Shown here piece by piece: positions 46,600 through 57,731 of a DNA stretch of 64,000 nucleotides. The notes beneath the pieces are model-generated. The model made no database searches and was not told the origin of the DNA. It saw nothing but the letters and a program-made list of their open reading frames with translations. The stretch spans positions 312,819-376,818 of the forward strand of contig NW_004797534.1 in NCBI RefSeq assembly GCF_000002075.1, in the 5' to 3' direction. A program made the translations under genes and the position numbers. This stretch comes from Aplysia californica. Lineage: Eukaryota. Position 1 is the first letter of the stretch. Each line of letters starts with the position of its first letter.

Positions 46600-48043
46600 C
46601 TTTGATTTGTACTACAAATTTGCACGAACAAATGGACTCTTTTCTTTCTCTTTGTGGTGCTGCAAGCGGCATGCAAGGTGAAAGCTAAAGATGACCACCG
46701 ATAATGGTCAGATCTCCGCAAACTGCAGTGTTAAACTGCAGTGTCTTTCTTTTTATAGAATAATGCTAGGGCTGGGCTATGGTGTGGGGGGTTGGGGGCG
46801 AGGGGTGGGCCGGGGTTGAAAGAGGTTGGGCGAACCTGGAGAAGAGATGAGGGAGAAAGGGAAAATTAGAAAGAGAGAGTGTGTTTGTGGTTGACGAATG
46901 GATTGATAGGTGGGGAAAGAAAAAAAAGACTATCTAATAAGAACTGTTCTTTTATTTTATATATATGAACTTTATTTATGTTATAGTTTAAATATCAAGA
47001 AAGATAGGCATAATATGAAGAAAATGGTTGTCCCAATAATTAAAACAGAAGGCTAATGATGCGAGTTCGATTTTTTGAGAAATCAAAGGTGTTGAAGAGT
47101 TCAGACCTGGGCATGATCCTCTATTGTTTGAGGTCCTTGCACATGGGGCAAACATTGTACCTCATAGAGTGGAGAGGTGATCATATGCATATGTGCGTTG
47201 ATGATCTATGAAAAGTTTTTTGTTCAGTAAAGAATGGTCTGAAATGCAGGAACTTAGTGCATTTAGTCCCTTTAGACTTCTGAGTGGGATTTTAAGGATG
47301 ACTTTTTTCATGCATGCAGTAAAATTTGTTTTTATACAAATGTATATTATGAGTGTATTGTCTGATCTATCTTCCGTTCAGAAAGTTCAACTTAAGTAGG
47401 AGTATGTTACTATGCTGATTCAGGCTGGGTTATACTTTCAGCGTTGCCAGTTTTTGTGTCTAAAGCGTCCAAACTTAGTTTAATGCCCATTTTGGTAAAC
47501 ATCGCCCTTTTGGTGTGTATAGTTGTCATTCTCTTATGAAGTCAATTGTACTGATTTCTTATTTTAAACTAGAAAATTGATTTAAGAATTTATATTTCTG
47601 TTCTCTCTCTTCTCAATGGTGTTATGTACTTTACTTTGGTAGAAAAGTACCAATCACATTGATTTCAGCATTGAGTGTGAACGCTTGGTAAATTATAACA
47701 TCTCTTGTGATATAGTTTGTTCTTATTCATGCATGCCTTTTAAGTATCATTGTTTTCATAACTTTGTTGGTTTTTTCAATTTTACGTATGTGTTGGCTGC
47801 ATGAAAAATGTTTCACCTATTGAATAAATTTGAAAAACATGTGCTTTGTATTTATCCTCCTTGCTCTGACCCCTTTATTTGTATTTCAGAGGAAAGCGAG
47901 ATGTGAGCAACCACAAGGAGTCCTGATGCAAATGTACCAGGTCTCCTATGGAAAAGAGGCATGGCTTGACATTTGTTCTTTGCTGCTTTTTGTCTTTGTG
48001 TCTCTAGTGTGTATTCTGTGTTCAGCAGATTGAGCTGGAAGTT

Positions 48044-51000
48044 ATGGAGGAGGAGGGTGCTGAGATCAAGATGGAGGAAGTTTGTGGTGAGTCAGAGCAG
48101 CTTCTGCCACCCGGTTCGGACACAACAGGAGCTTTCACCTTTGGGGATGACCTTGCTCCTGTGGAGGATATTCTTTTAAAAACCCAGAGCGTTTCTGTGA
48201 GCCTAGGCTCTGATGGGGAAGAGGTTGAGCCAACTGCTTCTCTCTCAGGCAAGGGTAAGAAATTGAGGAGCAAGAGAAAGGTGCAGCAGGACTCGAAGTC
48301 TCGTCCTAGAAGGAAGAGAATGAGGCTGGAAGTTAATGGCAAAAGTCAAGCTTCTAAGGCACTTAATTGCCCAAGCTGTTCCCTGGAGTTTGCAGATCCC
48401 GAATCTCTTCACTATCACCTGAAGCGGCAAAAGTGCAGAAAGTCTGTGTCAGAGAAGGAATCAAATTCAAGTGGATCCTTAGCTCCATATGGATGTGCTG
48501 TATGCGATAAAGTATTCCAGTCCATGGATCTCTTATTTAGACATTCATGTCAGCAGAATCACCGGGTTCACATGTTTCGCTGCTCAATTTGCTCTGCTGT
48601 GTTCGATAGCACAAGTCTCCTTTCAGACCATGTTGGTCAGCACAATATCCCAAAGGCTTTTCAATGTGGTCTTTGTGGATCAGGGTTTCATGAGAACAAT
48701 CTACTGTTAAATCACCTAAAAACTTGTGACAAAGAGCAAAAGTCTTGGTATAATTGTTCTGTGTGCTCTCTGCAATTTTCAGAAGTTTCAGATTTAGGAC
48801 ATCATGTGAAAACCATACATCCTACAAAAATGAAACAATATCGATGTGGGATCTGTCTCAAAGACTTTTCTAACAAAGTCAAGTTCACGGCTCATGTAAC
48901 ATCACATAAAAATGAGCAGGAAGAAGCATTTCAAAGACGTCAAACAAGGTCTGTTTCTGCAAATGTAAATGTAGCTGTTGCTCTGAAGAAAAAATGCAAA
49001 ACGTCAAATGGTTTTTCCACACTCAAAACCAAGGAAAAGCAGAAAAAGAGAGCAGTCACTTCTTTGAGAGTCAAGCTGGTAAAGATTCCATCTGATGAGG
49101 AAAACAATGATAATATAGAGGGATTTTCGGATACTCCTGAAGATGACGAAGAACTAGAAAAACAAGCAGAAGAGGAGTTAGAGTTTGATCAGCCAGAGTC
49201 TGTCGATACTGATCAAACGTTTGACTGTGATGAGTGTGGAGTGAGGCTTTCGTCTGCCAAGGCACTGCGAAATCACCGTGAATTTCACCCATCCAATGAT
49301 AACTACAGTGTAGACTGTGACAAGTGCAACACGACCTTTGTGAGTCTGAACCTGCTTAAGGCCCACTTACAAGAGAAAGGATGTGAAGGTTATCGCTGCA
49401 CTCAGTGCCCCCGATCGTTTGCATTGGAAGCCTTGCTTCTAGTGCATGTTGCAAGAGCACACTCTGACCCCAGCGATGAAGTCTTGTCGTGTGAAAACTG
49501 CCCGAAAACCTTTACCTCTATGCTCAAATTCTCTCGTCATGCAGGTACTCATGCAAAGAACAAACCATTCCTGTGCAAGATGTGTGGTCATCGCTATGTG
49601 CATCCTGATCATCTTTTTGTGCATCTGAAGAAAATCCATGGCATTGATAAAGAAAAGTGCTTGAGAAAAAAGGTCCAATGTAAAGTTTGCAATAAAGAGT
49701 TTGCAGATGATCAGGCCCTCACTTTTCACAGTAAGTACCACAGTGAGGAAGAAGTTCAGAATGCAAAAGGCACTCAGAGGATGCTGGAGAAAGTTGAATC
49801 ACCAGAGGCAGTGTCAGAAATTAAAGACTTTGTCGAAGTGGACAATACAAAAGAGTACAACGTAGATGATGAGTACTTTGACTGTGATGTGTGTGGAGAT
49901 AGATTACTGGATGTCAAGGATTTTGTCAAACACCGAAATGATCATTTCTTCAACAGTAAATTCACCATACAGTGCCATTGCTGTGGAGAAACATTCGCGA
50001 ATGTCGCTGACATCAAGAAACATGTTAAGACGAAAAAATGTCCAGGTTTCAAGTGTAGTAAGTGCAAACGGTCTTTTGGCTTGCAGACTGCCCTTTTGAG
50101 CCATGAGGCCAAAGAGCATGCTTTTGAAGCTTTAGAATCAGGTGTATACAAATGTCACAAGTGCCTAAAATCATTTGAGAACCGCATGGCTTACATCCGC
50201 CATGCTGCGACCCACGCTGACATCAAATCGTTTCAGTGTAGTCTGTGTTGCAGCTGGTATACAACAGTGGAATATGTCCAAACACACATACGCTTGTCTC
50301 ACAAACCTGAACATGATGGCATGAGTGCTAATTTTGAGTGCGAAAACTGTGGTGTATCTTTCCGAAGCCAGGAAGCTTTAGACAATCATAAAAAATATCA
50401 TTCTACCTCCGCAGAGGATTCAATGAGTAATGGAAAAGTGCAGGGCAGGTCCTACTACAGTTGCAACAACTGTCCTAAGATTTTCTGGCGCTACAATGCA
50501 TTGGTGAAGCACATGAAGAGCCATCTGAAGTCTTTGACCAAAAAGAAGAAATCGCTGATGTGCAGCATCTGCAAGAAAACTTTTCGGGAGAATTACGAGC
50601 TCCAACGCCACGTTGGTACGCACACACGTCCGTACTTGTGTAGCTCATGTGGCAAGTCTTTCTCTCTACCCTGGTCTCTAAAAGAACACATGAAAGCCTA
50701 CCACAGCAAGGAAAACCCCTACAGGTGTGAGTTTTGCAATAAAAACTACAGCACCAGCAACTCTCTCCGACTGCACAGACGGATTCACACTGGAGAGAAG
50801 AACTTTCAATGTGAGTTCTGTGAAAAAGTTTTTGTTGATCTCAGCTACCTTAAATCGCATAAGAAATCTCACTTTCCTGATAAGCCGTTCAAATGTACCA
50901 TCTGCAGTTACAGTTCCAAGCACAAAAGTGGCTTGTCTCGTCACATGCTTAGTCACAAACAGGAGAAGAACCACTTCTGTCCCATATGTCACAAGGCATT

Positions 51001-51898
51001 TACTCAGCGAGGCCATGTCAAAACCCACATGAAGCTGCATACGAAAATAAAAAACCATGTCTGCACGGTTTGTGGCAGCGCATTTGCTCGGCACGACTAC
51101 CTCAAAATCCACATGCGCACTCACACCAATGAAAAACCGTATTCGTGTCCTGTGTGCAGCAGAGCATTTGCCATGTCCAGTAACATGCTGTCCCACATCA
51201 AGAAGACTCATCCGGACTACAACTATCAATACAAACACTTGAGAGTGAACTATAACAAACCACCTCCCGGTGTCCTGGAGTCCTCTGAAGCTACCGAGAC
51301 TGTTGGAGGTGGTGGGGATGTCGCACTGATGTTTCCGGAGAACTCGGCTGTTACTGATACTGGGACCATTCCCCAGCAGCAAAGTTCATCCATGGTACCA
51401 GTCACGGCAGCGGTTGAGGAAAGCATTGGTCAGCACCCACAGTTGCCTAGTATGGAGCCTTTACATGACTTAACCAGGCATGGCAATTTGGACAACTTAA
51501 ACAGGCATCCCTCCGTCTCTAGGGACATTGTGAGGCTCCCTAATATCTCTGAGGACATGATGAGACAAGGAGCTGGGGGAAATGCCATGGCTCGTTTTTC
51601 AGGTCTCGGTAATGACTTGGTCAGACATGGGGGCGATATGGTCAGACATGCTAATAACATGGCCGCTCGACATGCAAGTGAAATGACCAGGCCTTCTCCA
51701 GCTGATATGATCAGGCCAGTGAATATTGTGGGAAATGACATGCAGAGACTGGGTGGGGGTGAGATTTCAAGGGCTAATACTGACATGACAAGGCAAGGGG
51801 GGTTTGTGGCTCCTGGACAGGAGTACATGTATGTCTACCCAAACTTTTCTCAAGGCCCATATATGCAGGACTTTCTACAGCCTTATCACAAGCCATAA
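48044..51898 (+). CDS. C2H2 zinc-finger protein, 27 fingers (several C2HC), 1284 aa single-exon ORF
   Basis: Uninterrupted ORF; CxxC-x12-H-x1-5-H/C repeats; canonical HTGEKN/HTNEKP linkers only in the C-terminal array; acidic/basic N-terminus without recognisable KRAB/BTB; NAGNAG acceptor ttcagcag at 48021-48028 may extend the N-terminus. Confidence 0.92.
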   Translation: MEEEGAEIKMEEVCGESEQLLPPGSDTTGAFTFGDDLAPVEDILLKTQSVSVSLGSDGEEVEPTASLSGKGKKLRSKRKVQQDSKSRPRRKRMRLEVNGKSQASKALNCPSCSLEFADPESLHYHLKRQKCRKSVSEKESNSSGSLAPYGCAVCDKVFQSMDLLFRHSCQQNHRVHMFRCSICSAVFDSTSLLSDHVGQHNIPKAFQCGLCGSGFHENNLLLNHLKTCDKEQKSWYNCSVCSLQFSEVSDLGHHVKTIHPTKMKQYRCGICLKDFSNKVKFTAHVTSHKNEQEEAFQRRQTRSVSANVNVAVALKKKCKTSNGFSTLKTKEKQKKRAVTSLRVKLVKIPSDEENNDNIEGFSDTPEDDEELEKQAEEELEFDQPESVDTDQTFDCDECGVRLSSAKALRNHREFHPSNDNYSVDCDKCNTTFVSLNLLKAHLQEKGCEGYRCTQCPRSFALEALLLVHVARAHSDPSDEVLSCENCPKTFTSMLKFSRHAGTHAKNKPFLCKMCGHRYVHPDHLFVHLKKIHGIDKEKCLRKKVQCKVCNKEFADDQALTFHSKYHSEEEVQNAKGTQRMLEKVESPEAVSEIKDFVEVDNTKEYNVDDEYFDCDVCGDRLLDVKDFVKHRNDHFFNSKFTIQCHCCGETFANVADIKKHVKTKKCPGFKCSKCKRSFGLQTALLSHEAKEHAFEALESGVYKCHKCLKSFENRMAYIRHAATHADIKSFQCSLCCSWYTTVEYVQTHIRLSHKPEHDGMSANFECENCGVSFRSQEALDNHKKYHSTSAEDSMSNGKVQGRSYYSCNNCPKIFWRYNALVKHMKSHLKSLTKKKKSLMCSICKKTFRENYELQRHVGTHTRPYLCSSCGKSFSLPWSLKEHMKAYHSKENPYRCEFCNKNYSTSNSLRLHRRIHTGEKNFQCEFCEKVFVDLSYLKSHKKSHFPDKPFKCTICSYSSKHKSGLSRHMLSHKQEKNHFCPICHKAFTQRGHVKTHMKLHTKIKNHVCTVCGSAFARHDYLKIHMRTHTNEKPYSCPVCSRAFAMSSNMLSHIKKTHPDYNYQYKHLRVNYNKPPPGVLESSEATETVGGGGDVALMFPENSAVTDTGTIPQQQSSSMVPVTAAVEESIGQHPQLPSMEPLHDLTRHGNLDNLNRHPSVSRDIVRLPNISEDMMRQGAGGNAMARFSGLGNDLVRHGGDMVRHANNMAARHASEMTRPSPADMIRPVNIVGNDMQRLGGGEISRANTDMTRQGGFVAPGQEYMYVYPNFSQGPYMQDFLQPYHKP

Positions 51899-52787
51899 AA
51901 ATGTACCCCGTGAAGCCTTCATTACTTAAAACGTCAAAGTAAACAGAAAGTGGTAAATGGTAATGAATGAACTCTTTTTACTGATAAATCTGGGAGTAAG
52001 TGTCCCTGAAATTATTGATTGCATGTTTTTTTAAATATATATGCATATTTGTACATCTAAAGGTTTTGAGACATTTAAAGAGAATTCAGGAGTTTTTCTG
52101 TTTTTGCTCGTTAACTTTGTGCATATTATGTGGTAAAACTCAGCTTGCAATGTTTATTAAACCTTCCTGAGCTCATTCAGTTGGAGGCAGCAATAGGGGG
52201 TCATCGTTAAGAGATACCCAAACATGTAAAAGTTTTTGTTTTCTAATGAATGATAGTGAGATCTCTCATACTTGTGCTATTGATTGTCCAAAGTGTTGTA
52301 TTCATATTTGAGTAATTGTGTCCAGTAGCATTCATATTGCGGTCACAAATTTACACCTACGTATTCCCAATAAGTAGTCCTTTCAGTTTTCGTCGTATGT
52401 GTCACAACGTGGTGGAATCAGGCGCTCGTCAATTTTTGGGCTTTTGGAGTTATTGGTATCATCTTAAAGCCTGTGCATTTGCCTTGCTTTCGATGAAAAG
52501 AAGTATTTGCGATTAAAGGAGGAGGGGGTCGCCTGGTTTCAGAAGTAAAATTAGCGAGAAAATGGCCGCCAAAGTTTAGTTACTTTTTTAGCTTGAGAGT
52601 CTGTGGAAACTTATAATTTACATCTTTTATGCCTTTAGTCAACGTTTTTCAGTAAAATTCACTTAGAAATGTGTTCTTTAATGGGCATGAAAGGTGTTGA
52701 ACCTTAAAAAAAAAATTCAATAAAAATTCCCAAAGCTGCGGAAAATGCCAGTTTCTTCACTTTCATTATTTTGACGAGCGCTGATAT

Positions 52788-53928
52788 CAGGGTTGGGTTG
52801 ATTTAAATCAGGTTGATTTAAATCAGTTGATTTTTTTTATTTAAATCAACTTGATTTTTAAAATAAAAATCAGTGATTTAAATCACTTTTTTTTTTAATT
52901 ATTTTATTTGGTTTTTACACATTTCAACATTCAGAATTCCTTTCCTTGGTTTCATAAAACATATATAAGGTTCAGTAGANNNNNNNNNNNNNNNNNNNNN
53001 NNNNNNNNNNNNNNNNNNNNNNNNNNNNNNNNNNNNNNNNNNNNNNNNNNNNNNNNNNNNNNNNNNNNNNNNNNNNNNNNNNNNNNNNNNNNNNNNNNNN
53101 NNNNNNNNNNNNNNNNNNNNNNNNNNNNNNNNNNNNNNNNNNNNNNNNNNNNNNNNNNNNNNNNNNNNNNNNNNNNNNNNNNNNNNNNNNNNNNNNNNNN
53201 NNNNNNNNNNNNNNNNNNNNNNNNNNNNNNNNNNNNNNNNNNNNNNNNNNNNNNNNNNNNNNNNNNNNNNNNNNNNNNNNNNNNNNNNNNNNNNNNNNNN
53301 NNNNNNNNNNNNNNNNNNNNNNNNNNNNNNNNNNNNNNNNNNNNNNNNNNNNNNNNNNNNNNNNNNNNNNNNNNNNNNNNNNNNNNNNNNNNNNNNNNNN
53401 NNNNNNNNNNNNNNNNNNNNNNNNNNNNNNNNNNNNNNNNNNNNNNNNNNNNNNNNNNNNNNNNNNNNNNNNNNNNNNNNNNNNNNNNNNNNNNNNNNNN
53501 NNNNNNNNNNNNNNNNNNNNNNNNNNNNNNNNNNNNNNNNNNNNNNNNNNNNNNNNNNNNNNNNNNNNNNNNNNNNNNNNNNNNNNNNNNNNNNNNNNNN
53601 NNNNNNNNNNNNNNNNNNNNNNNNNNNNNNNNNNNNNNNNNNNNNNNNNNNNNNNNNNNNNNNNNNNNNNNNNNNNNNNNNNNNNNNNNNNNNNNNNNNN
53701 NNNNNNNNNNNNNNNNNNNNNNNNNNNNNNNNNNNNNNNNNNNNNNNNNNNNNNNNNNNNNNNNNNNNNNNNNNNNNNNNNNNNNNNNNNNNNNNNNNNN
53801 NNNNNNNNNNNNNNNNNNNNNNNNNNNNNNNNNNNNNNNNNNNNNNNNNNTTTAAAAAATCTGATTTAAATTTAAAAAATCATTTTTTAAAATTTTTATT
53901 AAAAAAATCAAAAAAATCACCAACCCTG
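52788..53928. mobile_element. hAT-type MITE spanning assembly gap
   Basis: CAGGGTTGG ... CCAACCCTG with 8-bp TSD GCTGATAT; GATTTAAATC subterminal repeats. Confidence 0.85.
52980..53850. other. Assembly gap (N run)
   Basis: Run of n. Confidence 1.
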
Positions 53929-55490
53929 GCTGATATCAACACGCGGCCTCACATATAGTAAGGATAATTATTTGTTTGTTGTGATGTCTGTGTGTCAAAT
54001 CATGTTATAGGAGGTTGCTGATGAAAAGTCTCTGGAGCTGGGGTGCTTCGACTTTGAAAATGCTGTAAAAAGCAAGGGCCTATGCATATTGTTTATTGTT
54101 AATGTAGCATGGTATGCTGATTATTCTTTCATTGAAGATTTGCGAAACGATAGTGCATGTAACTGGTAAGCAAGTGTGTCTGTGATGCATGTTGATTTTC
54201 CATAACTTTGTTTCATTTTCTTAAAAGGTACTCTGGCCAGTTTGAAGTGATGGGAATTATTTATTGTAAATTATGAACAAGATTCCAGCTTTTCATTCTA
54301 GTGTTAAAATTTGTTTTAAAAAGCATATTGTATGTAAACTTCAGCGGAGTGTTTTGTAGCTAAAGATGTGCCTGACCACTGAACTGGAGACAGAATTGGA
54401 GAGCAATCAATCGAAGTCTAAGCTTCTCTCAAATTTTCCAACAACTGTATTAGCTTGATGATATTAGGCGAATAATTAGGTCATTTGATCTCTTAATTTT
54501 TTGTTCAGTTTTGCAGAAAGGAAAACTTTTGGATGTGTACAAATTTTTGTTATTTTTCATTCCATATTTGTTTCGTCTGTGTCAAATTCATTTGTTATTG
54601 TTAATGATGTTGTATAAGAAACATACTCTACCTCGTAGTTTTAAAATGTTTATAACGTGAACGGTTTTGTTTGTCTGAATAATTATTGACATCATGATGT
54701 TTACTTTATGACTTGTGGTATTTATTTATATTTTACAGCACAAAAGAATTCAAAAGAAAAATAATTAAGAAAACTGGACATAATATTTTTTATTTTCATA
54801 ATGAATTTTGATGGACAAGTTTGTCTCTGAAAGGTTTGCTCATATTTTATATACATATGTTGTATCTCTGTGACCCTTTTTGTTCTCATTTGTATAACTA
54901 AGGAAGGGGAACCTATTTGGCACCCTGTGTTTGTATTCAATTATTTTTTTATCAATGAGATAGACTGATGCGCAGCTCTGTAGTACAGGCATCATTTGCA
55001 CAACTGAAAATCTGAAAGGATGTCATGTATTTCAGGTGGGGCTCTCACCACTGGCCTTATCGCATCAGCAAGTTGAGAAGTGTTCTGTCCTGAGTTGATG
55101 GTGTGAGAGATGAGCTGCTGGCAGTCTGATGAGCCGAGAATGTCAGATGACATGGACAGTGTGCACGCCCCCAGTCTGTTGTTCTCCTTGTCAGCGAACT
55201 GGTTTCTGCTGTTGTCAGTGAAGGAAGAGCTGGAACTGTTCGTTGATTCTAAGGAACTGTAGGTGGAGGAAAAAAAAGTTGTGTGTGTGAGCTGCCCTGA
55301 AATTCATGACCTTCCATCAGGTCTTAGGTTGGAGCTGTACCATGCTGATCTGTTTTTTGCTTTTTAAAAAAAGTTGTTCACTGAAACCGGAAGATTAAAC
55401 ATCATTGTGCCTTTTATGTAGGTCTTTAAACACTGTCCATACCTCGAGTAACTTGAAAAACGTGTGGTGACAAGGTATGGTCTTGAATGC

Positions 55491-57731
55491 ATGATCTTTC
55501 TGATCAGTTATGTTCTTAAAATTGTAATGAATCCCTATGATAGTCAGAAAAAGCTGACCATGGAAGGGGCAATGCCAGGCGCTGCTTCCACCTCAGTTCC
55601 TTCCTTCTATATGCATTCCATTCCTTACACGGCTCCCGTGTTTCCAGCTGCACCCATGGCCCCGAACCCCTATGGCTTTTCTTTGGATGGTTCTTCATAT
55701 CCACACCAAACTGTCCACTGCTCACCTCTCAATGTGCCTAAAATGAACAGTGGAAATACCTTAGCCGATATTCGACACTTGAATATGACGGTTGCCAAGC
55801 CCAGTCCAGCGCCCCCCATAGACCCTGCCAGCATAGCTTCTAACTGTGTCAGTGCTGGGAACATCCTCCCTAGTCATGTTGAGATGGGAAGAACTTCCTT
55901 GGATGATGTTCTCAACACGGCTTCTGGTTTCAGCAATGATGGCCCTCTTGCCGCATCATTACTGGCAGGAAAATGTGCATATTCTGAGAGTCAGTCTTCA
56001 GGCGTAATTGCTGGTTCCCGATTTAACCACCAGGTGCAACCAGAAAGCCAAGGACTACAGCCTAGGGCTGGTTTAGTTAGTTATGGTGGTGATGAGTGCC
56101 TTAAGGTGGAAAAAGAAGATAATATAGAGTGCAGGGTGACTTCACCTCCTTCACCAGTACAGGTTGTCAGTGAAAAGAATTCAAGAACTGTGAATGCAGA
56201 CATTTACAAATGTGGTATTTGTGGTGAATCTTTCTGCAACAATGACCACTTATGCAGTCACCTGGCTTCTCATACGAGTTCTATGCCTTATCAGTGCGGT
56301 CTGTGTGGTATTGCCTTTTTCGAAGGTAGCCTCCTCACTAAACATGTGCAGGAATTCCATTCTCCAAAGGATCCGTATCAGTGTGGTATCTGCTCCGCTA
56401 CATTCTCGGCCAATACAGATTATTGTGAGCACATGAAGGCTTGCAGTGATATTTACAATGGCAGTGCCAAGGAAAAAGTGGAAAAGCTGATGATAAAAAA
56501 TTTAAGTACCACAGATTTTGCAGCTGATGATGACCCTGGGGACTCGTCCGAGCCAGAACGTGAGCACTATGATGAGTCAGGAAATTATTCAAAGTCAATA
56601 GTAGACGAGCTAGGTGGACAGAGAGAAGCGTCGTCCACTATTCTCGTGGGAGCATCCGGTGAGTTTAGCATGAGGAAAAAACGCACGAAGATCGTTATGG
56701 AAGATGTGGATCTCAGCTCTGTGTGCACGGTTATTGTGGAGCCATCCAGTGCGGGAGGGGAGAGAAAGAAGCATGTGTACAAATGCAAGTTTTGTGATAA
56801 GCTATGCAAGGATCGAGGACAAATTGTGAGCCATGTGCGCGTGCACACAAAAGTGCGACCGTATGAGTGCAGTGTCTGTTTTATGAAGTTCAAGCAGTAT
56901 GGGCATCTCAGGGACCACATGATGCGCCACACAAAGGAAAGGCCCTACGTGTGTGACCGATGTGCCAAGTCGTTTCCCCGAAGCTCGCATTTATCAGAGC
57001 ACATCCGCCTGCGGCATACAGAGGACAGGTTGTACCATTGCCCTGAGTGCAGCGAGACTTTTCAGAAGAGGAAAGACTTCTCCAAGCATAAACGTTCCCA
57101 TGGCCGAAAGCCAAAATACCAATGCAACATTTGCTCCAAAAAGTTTTTCAATGTGACCGACTATGAACGCCATTGCCGAAGTCACACAAAGGAGAAGCAG
57201 TTTGAGTGTGAGGTGTGTCACATGACTTTTGGACTCCTGGCCAATGCCAAGAAACACATGAAGGTCCACAGTCAACACAAGCCTCACAAGTGTCCTGTAT
57301 GTGGAAAGGCTTTTCATTTCTCTAATGATCTGAAGCGCCATGAGGCCACGCACCTAAAAAAGAAACCTTTCCCATGTTCTGATTGTTATAAGTCCTTCAA
57401 AACCGAAGCATTACTTAAAGCTCATTCCAAAATTCATGTTAAAGAAGATGCAAATAATACAGAGAGACCATTCCAGTGTAAGACATGCAAGAAATGTTTC
57501 AAATTAAAGTGGGATTTGGCTAGACATGAGAAAACTCACTTGAAAAAGAAGCCTTTCCCTTGTCCAGATTGTTACAAATCCTTTGGCAGTGAGGCAATGC
57601 TGAAGAAACACAGCAGAATGCATGTTGGGGTGAATGTCAAAGTTGGGAATGAGGATGAAAACTTCCATTGTAAGAATAACTTTGAAGAAGATGAGGTCAG
57701 TGATGATGGAAAGGAAGAAGAAAGTTCATGA
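55491..57731 (+). CDS. C2H2 zinc-finger protein, 13 fingers (3+10), single-exon ORF
   Basis: Open frame 55464-57731; first ATG 55491, alternatives 55527 (MNPY) and 55560 (accATGg, best Kozak); P/S-rich N-terminus; HTKERPY/HTKVRPY linkers. Confidence 0.9.
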   Translation: MIFLISYVLKIVMNPYDSQKKLTMEGAMPGAASTSVPSFYMHSIPYTAPVFPAAPMAPNPYGFSLDGSSYPHQTVHCSPLNVPKMNSGNTLADIRHLNMTVAKPSPAPPIDPASIASNCVSAGNILPSHVEMGRTSLDDVLNTASGFSNDGPLAASLLAGKCAYSESQSSGVIAGSRFNHQVQPESQGLQPRAGLVSYGGDECLKVEKEDNIECRVTSPPSPVQVVSEKNSRTVNADIYKCGICGESFCNNDHLCSHLASHTSSMPYQCGLCGIAFFEGSLLTKHVQEFHSPKDPYQCGICSATFSANTDYCEHMKACSDIYNGSAKEKVEKLMIKNLSTTDFAADDDPGDSSEPEREHYDESGNYSKSIVDELGGQREASSTILVGASGEFSMRKKRTKIVMEDVDLSSVCTVIVEPSSAGGERKKHVYKCKFCDKLCKDRGQIVSHVRVHTKVRPYECSVCFMKFKQYGHLRDHMMRHTKERPYVCDRCAKSFPRSSHLSEHIRLRHTEDRLYHCPECSETFQKRKDFSKHKRSHGRKPKYQCNICSKKFFNVTDYERHCRSHTKEKQFECEVCHMTFGLLANAKKHMKVHSQHKPHKCPVCGKAFHFSNDLKRHEATHLKKKPFPCSDCYKSFKTEALLKAHSKIHVKEDANNTERPFQCKTCKKCFKLKWDLARHEKTHLKKKPFPCPDCYKSFGSEAMLKKHSRMHVGVNVKVGNEDENFHCKNNFEEDEVSDDGKEEESS

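Noticed and set aside
47890-47940. 51-nt in-frame upstream coding exon for the first ZNF
   Set aside because: The acceptor is good but the donor gtctcc is weak; not listed as CDS without transcript evidence
50678-51382. 234-aa antisense ORF and other short ORFs overlapping the ZNF genes
   Set aside because: Shadow frames of repetitive C2H2 coding sequence; no recognisable motifs
52908-53855. 315-aa ORF, and the ORFs at 42335-42714
   Set aside because: Artefacts of N runs
55120-55160. Hammerhead-like CTGATGAG
   Set aside because: No stem II followed by GAAA; other CTGATGA hits also fail
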